64,000 nucleotides of DNA from an uncultured Actinomycetes bacterium (lineage in GTDB: Bacteria; Actinomycetota; Acidimicrobiia; Spongiisociales; ZC4RG35), in contig CAVSQY010000010.1 in the NCBI GenBank assembly GCA_963730285.1, positions 2,721 to 66,720 on the forward strand. Reading direction: 5' to 3'. The notes under the pieces are model-generated. The model was given only the letters and a program-made list of their open reading frames with translations. It was not told where the DNA came from and did no database searches. Below, one piece after another: positions 56,751 to 64,000 of the stretch (the first letter of the stretch is position 1; each line of letters starts with the position of its first letter). The translations under genes were made by a program, and so were the position numbers.

Positions 56751-57947
56751 ATGACTGAACATGTGAGGATTTTCGACAGCACGCTGAGAGACGGGGAACA
56801 GGCCCCCGGGATCGCACTCGACCCCGACGCCAAGGTGACGATCGCAACCCAACTGGAGCGGCTCGGCGTTGACATAATCGAGGCCGGGTTCCCGGTCTCT
56901 TCGCCCGGTGACTTCGAGGCGGTGACTCGCATCGCCCGCGAGGTGCGGGGACCGACCATCGCCGCCCTGGCCAGGGCCCAGGCAGACGACGTCGAACGAG
57001 CATGGGAAGCCATCCGCGACGCAACCGATCCCAGGATTCACGTCTTCCTCGCCACCTCTCCCATCCACATGCAGCACAAGTTGAGGATGAGCGAGGAGGA
57101 AGTCCTCGCCGCGGTGAAGGCCAATGTGGCCCGAGCCCGGGACCACACCGAGAACGTGGAGTACTCACCTGAGGACGCCACCAGATCCGAGCCCGACTTC
57201 GTGGTAGCCGTTTGTCGGACTGCGGTCGAGGCCGGGGCGACCACCATCAACATCCCCGACACCGTTGGCTATGCCACGCCGGCCGATTACGGGGCCTTGA
57301 TCGGCCGAATCGTGACAGAAGTCAAGGGTGGTCGTGACGGGATCGTGATCTCCACTCACTGTCACAACGATCTCGGGCTGGCCGTGGCCAACTCGCTGGC
57401 AGCAGTGAGCGCCGGGGCGAGACAGGTGGAGGGTGCCATCAACGGGATTGGAGAGCGCGCCGGGAACACCTCGATCGAGGAGGTAGTCATGGCCCTGCGA
57501 GTGCGCGAGGACGCCTTCGGGGTGGGGATTTCGGTCTCATCGGAGGAGATCTTCGAGACCTCCCGGCTGGTGTCGGAGAAGACCGGCTACCCGATTCAGT
57601 ACAACAAGGCCGTGGTGGGCCGCAACGCCTTCGCCCATGAGTCGGGCATCCATCAGCACGGCGTGCTCCGAGAAAGAACGACCTATGAGATCATGACTCC
57701 GGCATCTGTCGGGATGGGAGAGTCGATGATCGTGATGGGAAAGCACTCAGGCCGGGCCGCGTTCAAGCACTCTCTGGGGAAGATAGGTGTGACTTTGAGT
57801 GGTCAGTCCTTTGAGACGGCATTCGCCCGCATGAAGGAGACCGCCGATCGGTTCGGCGAGGTGTCCTTGCATCAGATCCGGCTTATCGTCGATGATGTCG
57901 TCTCCGACATGGAGGTATTGGACGGCGTGGCCGCCTCATTCAGATGA
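56751..57947 (+). CDS. 2-isopropylmalate synthase / citramalate synthase family enzyme lacking the C-terminal regulatory domain
   Basis: IFDSTLRDGEQAPG, HCHNDLGLAVANSL and HESGIHQHGVL are present. The protein is 398 aa and ends after subdomain II, with no LeuA_dimer/R-domain segment. The SD is AAAAGGAG. Confidence 0.8.
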   Translation: MTEHVRIFDSTLRDGEQAPGIALDPDAKVTIATQLERLGVDIIEAGFPVSSPGDFEAVTRIAREVRGPTIAALARAQADDVERAWEAIRDATDPRIHVFLATSPIHMQHKLRMSEEEVLAAVKANVARARDHTENVEYSPEDATRSEPDFVVAVCRTAVEAGATTINIPDTVGYATPADYGALIGRIVTEVKGGRDGIVISTHCHNDLGLAVANSLAAVSAGARQVEGAINGIGERAGNTSIEEVVMALRVREDAFGVGISVSSEEIFETSRLVSEKTGYPIQYNKAVVGRNAFAHESGIHQHGVLRERTTYEIMTPASVGMGESMIVMGKHSGRAAFKHSLGKIGVTLSGQSFETAFARMKETADRFGEVSLHQIRLIVDDVVSDMEVLDGVAASFR

Positions 57948-59023
57948 GCAACTATTCGATCGCAGTGGTTCCCGGAGATGGGACCGGCCCCGAGGTCGTC
58001 GCCGAGGCGATGAAGGTTCTCGCGGTCGCCTCGCCCTTGTTCGACATCACGCTCGATTACGTCGAGATGGACCTGGGCGGGGAGCGATACCTGCGCACCG
58101 GCGAGACACTCACCGGCTCCGACCTCGAGACGTTGGGAAATGCCAACGCGATCCTCTTTGGCGCAGTTGGCCATCCCGATGTGACACCGGGCATCCTCGA
58201 GCAGCAGATCTTGCTCAGGATGCGCCGCGAGCTGGATCAGTTCATCAATCTTCGACCGGTCAAGCTCTACCCCGGCGTCACCGGCCCGCTTCGTGATGTG
58301 GATGCCGAGGACATCGACTTCGTGGTGGTTCGAGAGAACAGCGAAGGCCTCTACGTGGGCCAGGGCGAGTTCACCGCCAAAGGCTCGCCCTTCGAGGTGG
58401 CCGTGCAACAGTCGGTGAACAGCCGGTTCGCGGTGGAGAGATGCATTCGATATGCCTTCGAGCTCGCCTCCAACCGACCCCGCCATCACCTCACCATGTG
58501 TGGAAAGACGAATGTCCTGACCTACGCCTGGGACCTCTGGGCTCGAGTGTTCGACGAGGTTGCCAGCGAGTATCCCCAGGTGACGACGTCATATGCCCAT
58601 GTAGACGCAGCGTGCCTGTGGATGGTCGAGGACCCGTCACGATTCGACGTCATCGTCACCGACAACATGTTTGGCGACATCATCACCGATCTCGGCGCCG
58701 CCATCCAGGGTGGGTTGGGTATCGCCTCCGGTGCGAACATCAACCCAAACGGCGTCTCGATGTTCGAGCCCATCGGGGGCACCGCCCCCGGGTTCGAAGG
58801 CACCGGGTTGATCAACCCCCTGGCCGCGATTGGCGCCGCAAGCATGATGCTCGATGTACTCGGTCAACCCGGGGCGGGCCACGCAATCGAACAGGCAGTT
58901 GGCTCCGTTGCCGGGTCACTGCCGTCGTTGAGGGCCGGTGAGATGGGTATCAGCACGTCGGAAGTGGGCGACATGGTGGCCGGAATCGTCGCCGAGTCGA
59001 GCCCGGCCGGGGTGGCCCGATGA
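57944..59023 (+). CDS. leuB: 3-isopropylmalate dehydrogenase
   Basis: [13 protein letters not shown] and [19 protein letters not shown] are present. ATGA overlap with the upstream gene. Confidence 0.9.
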   Translation: MSNYSIAVVPGDGTGPEVVAEAMKVLAVASPLFDITLDYVEMDLGGERYLRTGETLTGSDLETLGNANAILFGAVGHPDVTPGILEQQILLRMRRELDQFINLRPVKLYPGVTGPLRDVDAEDIDFVVVRENSEGLYVGQGEFTAKGSPFEVAVQQSVNSRFAVERCIRYAFELASNRPRHHLTMCGKTNVLTYAWDLWARVFDEVASEYPQVTTSYAHVDAACLWMVEDPSRFDVIVTDNMFGDIITDLGAAIQGGLGIASGANINPNGVSMFEPIGGTAPGFEGTGLINPLAAIGAASMMLDVLGQPGAGHAIEQAVGSVAGSLPSLRAGEMGISTSEVGDMVAGIVAESSPAGVAR

Positions 59024-60486
59024 GCAAGACTCTCTTCGAGAAGATATGGGAAGAACATGTCGTCGACAGCCCCCGACAGGAGGCGGCTCGTCTGGAGGCC
59101 CTCGCTGAAGCTGGGCTCACCGACCACGGAGAGCTGCTGGGAGAGCACCAGGATCTCATTTACATCGACCTCCATCTGATACATGAGGTGACCTCGCCCC
59201 AGGCCTTCGAAGGGTTACGTCGGGCAAGAAGGACCGTCCGCCGACCCGAGCTCACTCTGGGAACCGTCGATCACAACGTCCCCACCATCGGAAGAGACCT
59301 CCCCAATCCCGATCCATTGTCCGGGCAGCAGATCGAGCTGATGCGCCGCAACGCGGAGGAGTTCGGGGTGACGCTCTACGACATGTTCGACGTGCGCCAG
59401 GGCATCGTCCACATCATCGGGCCGGAGCAGGGGTTCACGCAGCCGGGGATGACCATCGTATGCGGGGACAGCCATACTTCCACCCACGGCGCCTTCGGCG
59501 CGCTCGCCTTCGGCATCGGCACATCGGAGGTCGAGCACGTCCTGGCCACCCAGACTCTCCGCCAGTCAAAGCCCAAGACGATGTCGATCGAGGTCACGGG
59601 TGAGCTGGCACCGGGCGTAACCGCCAAGGACGTCATCCTGGCCATCATCAACGCGATAGGAGTCCACGGAGGCATCGGCCACGTCATCGAATACAGGGGA
59701 AGTGTTATTCGCCGGCTATCGATGGAAGGCCGGATGACCATATGCAACATGTCCATCGAGGCCGGGGCCAGGGCTGGGCTCATCGCCCCCGACGAGACGA
59801 CCTTCGAGTACATGAAGGGCCGGCCACATGCACCCAAAGGAGAGGACTGGGATAGGGCGGTGGAGCGCTGGCGGCGACTCACTACCGACGACGATGCCGG
59901 CTTCGATCGCGAGGTGGTGCTCGACGGTGCTGAGATTCGCCCCTTCGTCACTTGGGGGACCAACCCCTCCCAGAGTGTTCAGGTGGATGGCAGTGTCCCC
60001 GCTCCCGAGGATTTCCCGGAACCACAAAGGGAATCAGTGAGGCGGGCGCTCACTTACATGAACCTGACGCCCGGTACACCGATGAGCGAGATCTCGATCG
60101 ATCGAGTTTTCATCGGGTCGTGCACCAACGGGCGTATCGAGGATCTCAGGGCCGCATCGAAGGTGGTCGACGGGAAGAAGGTCGCCGAGGGGGTGACCGC
60201 CATGGTGGTGCCGGGCTCGGGTCTGGTGAAACGTCAGGCCGAGGACGAGGGTATCGCCGACGTCTTCATCGCCGCTGGTTTCGAATGGCGCGATGCCGGC
60301 TGCTCGATGTGTCTCGGGATGAACCCCGACATCCTTCTTCCAGGTCAGCGCAGCGCTTCGACCTCGAATCGAAACTTTGAAGGTCGACAGGGGCCGGGGG
60401 GTCGCACTCATCTACTCAGCCCGGAGATGGCCGCGGCGGCAGCAATCGCCGGGCATCTCATCGATGTCCGGGAGGTTTTCGCATGA
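59020..60486 (+). CDS. leuC: 3-isopropylmalate dehydratase large subunit
   Basis: [46 protein letters not shown] and GCSMCLGMN are present. ATGA overlap. Confidence 0.95.
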   Translation: MSKTLFEKIWEEHVVDSPRQEAARLEALAEAGLTDHGELLGEHQDLIYIDLHLIHEVTSPQAFEGLRRARRTVRRPELTLGTVDHNVPTIGRDLPNPDPLSGQQIELMRRNAEEFGVTLYDMFDVRQGIVHIIGPEQGFTQPGMTIVCGDSHTSTHGAFGALAFGIGTSEVEHVLATQTLRQSKPKTMSIEVTGELAPGVTAKDVILAIINAIGVHGGIGHVIEYRGSVIRRLSMEGRMTICNMSIEAGARAGLIAPDETTFEYMKGRPHAPKGEDWDRAVERWRRLTTDDDAGFDREVVLDGAEIRPFVTWGTNPSQSVQVDGSVPAPEDFPEPQRESVRRALTYMNLTPGTPMSEISIDRVFIGSCTNGRIEDLRAASKVVDGKKVAEGVTAMVVPGSGLVKRQAEDEGIADVFIAAGFEWRDAGCSMCLGMNPDILLPGQRSASTSNRNFEGRQGPGGRTHLLSPEMAAAAAIAGHLIDVREVFA

Positions 60487-61076
60487 GAGCCGTTTCCGTC
60501 GTTCGAGGCAAGGCGATCCCCATGGACAGAGCCAACGTCGACACCGACCAGATCATCCCCGCCAAATACCTCAAGCGGGTCGAGCGCACCGGTTACGGGC
60601 CATATTGCTTCGATGCCTGGCGCCAAGATCCGGACTTTGTGTTGAACAACCCGGCCTACGGCGGTGCCACGATCATGCTGACCCGGGAGAACTTCGGCTC
60701 TGGATCGAGCCGTGAGCACGCGGTCTGGGCCTTGGAGGGATTCGGGATCGAGGCCCTGATCGGGGTCAGCTTTGCCGACATCTTCAAGAGCAACTGCTTC
60801 CAGGGCGGGATGATCACGGTCGAGCTGCCCGCAGAGGACATCGATTACCTCATGGACCTGAGCACGGCCAGTCCTGAGACGGAGATCGAAGTCGACCTCG
60901 AAGCCCAAGAAGTTCGTGCCGGGGACTGGATACGCGGCTTCGACATCGATCCGTTCCGCAAGTATCGGCTCCAGCGCGGTCTGGACGACATCGCCATGAC
61001 GCTGGCTTACAGCGCCGACATCGACACGTTCGAGACAGCGAGAGGGCTGAGCCTTCCCAGCACCTCGGAACGCTGA
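60483..61076 (+). CDS. leuD: 3-isopropylmalate dehydratase small subunit
   Basis: [14 protein letters not shown] and [16 protein letters not shown] are present. ATGA overlap. Confidence 0.95.
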   Translation: MRAVSVVRGKAIPMDRANVDTDQIIPAKYLKRVERTGYGPYCFDAWRQDPDFVLNNPAYGGATIMLTRENFGSGSSREHAVWALEGFGIEALIGVSFADIFKSNCFQGGMITVELPAEDIDYLMDLSTASPETEIEVDLEAQEVRAGDWIRGFDIDPFRKYRLQRGLDDIAMTLAYSADIDTFETARGLSLPSTSER

Positions 61077-61090
61077 CGCCTGCAACGTCG

Positions 61091-63127
61091 CTACCGGCCT
61101 CGCCCAATGCCCAGGGCTCCCAGCAGATCCTCGAATTGATCGAAACGGAGTGACTGCGGCCCGTCACTGAGAGCATTATCCGGGTCGGGATGGATCTCCA
61201 CCATGATCCCGTGTGCGCCGATGGCCTGCGCTGCCAACGCCAGGGGTGCGACCAGATCGCGATTGCCGGCAGCATGAGAGGGGTCGACGATCACCGGCAG
61301 GTGGCTGCGCTGCCTCAACACCGGGACGGCACTCAGATCGAGCGTGTTCCGGGTCGAGGTCTCGAAAGTGCGGATCCCGCGCTCACAGAGGAAGACCTGC
61401 TGGTTGCCTTCGGACAATATGTATTCGGCAGCCTGGAGTAGCTCGTCGAGCGACGAGCTCATCCCCCGCTTGAGCATCACCGGCCGATGCGCCCGACCCA
61501 CCGCAGAAAGAAGCGAGAAGTTCTGCATGTTTCGGGTGCCGATCTGGAGAATGTCAGCAGTCCTCGCCACCTGCTCCACATCCTCCGGCGAGACGACCTC
61601 GGTCACGACAGGCAAGCCATAGGCCTTCCCGGCCTCAACCAGCATCTCCAGACCTTCATAGCCCAGACCCTGGAACGAGTAAGGCGAGGTCCTGGGCTTG
61701 AAGCATCCGCCTCGGAGGATCGACCCACCGGCCCGTTTGACGATCTTGGCCGTAGCCATCACCTGGTCCCACGACTCGACCGCACAAGGTCCGGCGATCA
61801 TCACCAGCTCGTCCCCACCGATCTTCACTCCGGAGATTTCAATCACGGTGTTTTGAGACTTGTGACCTCTGCTCCCCAGCTTGTAGCCCTTCGGCTTGTC
61901 CAAGGGCGTGTCGAGCTGGGTAAGAGCAGCGCGTCCCTCGGGGTCGACGTTCCCGACACCTCGCTCCACAGGCTTGGGCCTCAAATCCCGGGAGGGGTAA
62001 CTGCCCAGCACCCGGAGGAAGCGAACCTGTCTGGTCAGCTCCTCGAGAACGGCCTGCACCTCCGGATCGGATGCGTTGCCGTCGAAGTCGAGATAGAAGA
62101 GCTCCTCCCGAGGATTGTGCGGGATCGGCCGTGACTCGAGCATCACGAGGTTGATGTCCGCCTCGTGGAAAACGGCAAGCGCATCCATGAGGGCGCCCGG
62201 GTGGTTCCCAACAGCCATCACGATCGAGGTCTTGGAGGCAACCCCGTCCGGGACTTGGGCAGGCTCTCGGGCCACCACCACGAACCGGGTGTAGTTCTCA
62301 TCGCGGTTGGCGACGGCCGATTGCAGAATATCGAGACCGAACAGCCGCGCTGCTTGCTCACTGGCGATGGCGGCAACGGAGGGGTCGTTGAGCTCCTTGA
62401 TCCGCTTGCCCGAGAGCGCGGTGTCGGAGAAGTAGACCACCTCCACATTGTCGAGCCGAGCCAGGAACTCCGAGCACTGAGCCACCGCCTGGGGATGACC
62501 GTAGATCCGCTTCAGACCGGCCACGGTGGCGCCCTCCAAGCCGAGAAGGCAATGTCTCACACGGAACCTGACGTCCCCGACGAAATGGAGCTGACTGTTC
62601 AGGAGAAGGTCGTAGACCTCTGAGATCGCACCGGATGTCGTGTTCTCGATGGGGAGAACAGCCACCCCGGCCTCGCCCTTCTGCACCTCTTCGATGGCGT
62701 CACTGAACGTCGACGAGCGGATGTAGGTGACCGGTATCCCCTTGGAGTCGAAGAACTGTTGCGAGGCGAGTTGGCTGTATGAGCCTTCGATGCCTTGTAT
62801 GGCGACCGTGATGGGACCCCCGGCATTCTCCGAGCGACCCAACAACTCCTGTTGGATCCTGACCGAGTCGTTGACGATCTCCCGCCACACACGATTGACC
62901 AGTCCGGCATCGAGATCGTGGTCCATGCCGGCGGCGATGCGATCGGCGATCAAGTCCTCTTCTCGCAGCTGATCGCGTGAGGGGCGATCCTGGGCGTCCT
63001 TCTCCTTGGCGATGCGAAGGCTGTGTGCCTTGCGCTCCGCCATCAGCTTCAAGATCTCGTTGTCGATCCGATCGATGTCGTCTCTTATTCGGTTGATGTC
63101 GTTCGAGTTCAATTCATTGTTGGTCAT
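61091..63127 (-). CDS. Trifunctional fusion: chorismate mutase (AroQ) - prephenate dehydratase - ACT - DAHP synthase (type I-beta)
   Basis: aa 8-96 are CM-like ([23 protein letters not shown]). aa 106-285 are PDT ([22 protein letters not shown]). aa 298-378 are ACT (MLESRPI). aa 426-678 are DAHPS I-beta ([24 protein letters not shown]). This is one uninterrupted 678-codon frame. Confidence 0.85.
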   Translation of the reverse strand: MTNNELNSNDINRIRDDIDRIDNEILKLMAERKAHSLRIAKEKDAQDRPSRDQLREEDLIADRIAAGMDHDLDAGLVNRVWREIVNDSVRIQQELLGRSENAGGPITVAIQGIEGSYSQLASQQFFDSKGIPVTYIRSSTFSDAIEEVQKGEAGVAVLPIENTTSGAISEVYDLLLNSQLHFVGDVRFRVRHCLLGLEGATVAGLKRIYGHPQAVAQCSEFLARLDNVEVVYFSDTALSGKRIKELNDPSVAAIASEQAARLFGLDILQSAVANRDENYTRFVVVAREPAQVPDGVASKTSIVMAVGNHPGALMDALAVFHEADINLVMLESRPIPHNPREELFYLDFDGNASDPEVQAVLEELTRQVRFLRVLGSYPSRDLRPKPVERGVGNVDPEGRAALTQLDTPLDKPKGYKLGSRGHKSQNTVIEISGVKIGGDELVMIAGPCAVESWDQVMATAKIVKRAGGSILRGGCFKPRTSPYSFQGLGYEGLEMLVEAGKAYGLPVVTEVVSPEDVEQVARTADILQIGTRNMQNFSLLSAVGRAHRPVMLKRGMSSSLDELLQAAEYILSEGNQQVFLCERGIRTFETSTRNTLDLSAVPVLRQRSHLPVIVDPSHAAGNRDLVAPLALAAQAIGAHGIMVEIHPDPDNALSDGPQSLRFDQFEDLLGALGIGRGR

Positions 63128-63193
63128 GGGTATGCCTCGGCGCGTCTAAGTGGGCAGGGAGGGAAGAACAGCGGGGGTGGGGGTGGATCGGCG

Positions 63194-63268
63194 CTACGCG
63201 CCGAAATAGACGAACCCGAAGAAGCGCCCGGAACCGGCAGCGACGCTCGAGGATGGGTTCGTGGCCAT
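63194..63268 (-). CDS. Phe/Tyr-rich leader peptide (24 aa) upstream of the CM-PDT-DAHPS gene
   Basis: MATNPSSSVAAGSGRFFGFVYFGA has 4 Phe and 1 Tyr in the last 9 codons. The ATG lies 9 nt after the -10 hexamer. It is below the ORF-track size cut-off. Confidence 0.6.
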   Translation of the reverse strand: MATNPSSSVAAGSGRFFGFVYFGA

Positions 63269-63277
63269 GCGGGACAG

Positions 63278-63306
63278 ATTATCCGCATGTGCGACTTCCG
63301 TGTCAA
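63278..63306 (-). promoter_or_regulatory. Sigma-70-type promoter of the Phe leader / fusion gene
   Basis: The minus strand reads TTGACA - 17 nt - GATAAT. Confidence 0.6.
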
Positions 63307-63333
63307 CCCGGGGCCTCCAGTAGCTTCTGGAGG

Positions 63334-63519
63334 ATGAGCCGTCTCAACTATGCCGTGGGGATCCTTCTGCTGTTGGCAGGCGCCATCTGGGTGCTGCAGG
63401 GTTTCAACGTGGCGTTTGCCCCGGAGAGCTTCATGACGGACGACCCGATGTGGATCATCTGGGGAGCGGTTGCGATCCTGGTCGGCTGTGGCCTGATCTG
63501 GCGTGCCCGCATTCGTTGA
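63334..63519 (+). CDS. Small two-TM membrane protein
   Basis: MSRLNYAVGILLLLAGAIWVLQGF...WIIWGAVAILVGCGLIW. An internal ATG of ORF 63253-63519 is chosen. Confidence 0.5.
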   Translation: MSRLNYAVGILLLLAGAIWVLQGFNVAFAPESFMTDDPMWIIWGAVAILVGCGLIWRARIR

Positions 63520-63564
63520 GCCAGCGGCCATGGCTCAACCGCAATACAATCGACTGGAATCGAC

Positions 63565-63924
63565 ATGAGCGATCTACCGAGCATTCCCGAGAAGGCTCTG
63601 GCCCCCGAAGAGCTACAACGCTTCATGTACGCCTGCTCTCACGAGCGCCGCTCCCCCACCACACAGCGTCTCATCGACGCTTCTTCATATGGCTGGGTGC
63701 ATTTCTTCATACGAAGTCATGGCGAAGACGCCACCGAGACTTCCCGCCCGGATGATTGGCTGGAGCCCCACGACGCAAACCCCGCCAAGCTCTCCGACTT
63801 CTTTGGAAGGGTTGCAATCCGACTGCGGGACACCGGCGCTCACGACTACGCGAAAATCGTTGGAGCAGTACTTCGAGCAACTCGCCGAAGAGCGGCAGCC
63901 CTGGCTGTATCGCTGATCCGCTGA
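63565..63924 (+). CDS. Hypothetical protein
   Basis: 119-aa ORF with coding-like composition. I recognise no family. Confidence 0.4.
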   Translation: MSDLPSIPEKALAPEELQRFMYACSHERRSPTTQRLIDASSYGWVHFFIRSHGEDATETSRPDDWLEPHDANPAKLSDFFGRVAIRLRDTGAHDYAKIVGAVLRATRRRAAALAVSLIR

Positions 63925-63949
63925 ACCAACCTCGTCTTTTTGTCACGGG

Positions 63950-63965
63950 TCGAACGTATGTTCGA
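63950..63965. promoter_or_regulatory. LexA (SOS) box, actinobacterial type
   Basis: TCGAAC-GTAT-GTTCGA is a perfect match to the TCGAAC-N4-GTTCGA palindrome. It overlaps a possible -10 (TATGTT) 7 nt upstream of the ATG at 63970. Confidence 0.7.
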
Positions 63966-63969
63966 GAGT

Positions 63970-64000
63970 ATGAACTGGGAGAGTCTCAGCGAAGACCAGC
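63970..64000 (+). CDS. 5' end of an SOS-box-preceded gene (truncated by window end)
   Basis: ATG AAC TGG GAG AGT CTC AGC GAA GAC CAG encodes MNWESLSEDQ. Only 10 codons are visible, so the identity is unknown. Confidence 0.3.
   Translation, partial: MNWESLSEDQ

Overview
This is a high-GC, actinobacterial-type chromosomal segment, indicated by a WhiB-family regulator, a PspC-domain kinase locus, frequent ATGA/TGATG coupled gene junctions and leaderless-style promoters. I call about 70 protein genes, 2 tRNAs, 3 pseudogenes and several regulatory elements. Most of the window is core metabolism. It includes NAD salvage (pncB/pncA), branched-chain amino-acid synthesis (ilvD/ilvC, and 14 kb away ilvB-ilvN-leuA'-leuB-leuC-leuD) and two GH13 alpha-glucosidases. 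It also holds a GH1 beta-glucosidase, a sugar ABC transporter, a form-II CoxSLM molybdoenzyme, an FTR1/cupredoxin iron-uptake pair and a PspC/LiaF envelope-stress locus. The only clear accessory patch is a decayed integrative element in tRNA-Val (48-bp direct repeat, two integrase remnants) that still carries an intact AbiE toxin-antitoxin pair.

The four most interesting observations are:
1. A single 678-aa ORF fuses chorismate mutase, prephenate dehydratase, an ACT domain and a type I-beta DAHP synthase.
2. That ORF is preceded by a canonical promoter and a leaderless 24-codon leader peptide ending RFFGFVYFGA. The 3' end of the leader is exactly complementary to the Shine-Dalgarno region of the fusion gene.
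3. A translationally coupled signalling trio: UBP-type zinc finger, a receiver domain fused to a thioredoxin-reductase-like flavoprotein that has lost both redox cysteines, and a cNMP-binding histidine kinase.
4. An unannotated 38-codon ORF with a strong SD and a textbook intrinsic terminator about 30 nt upstream of whiB.

I saw no CRISPR array and no intact transposase or integrase. All calls rest on reading the translations and the DNA by eye. No database search was run.
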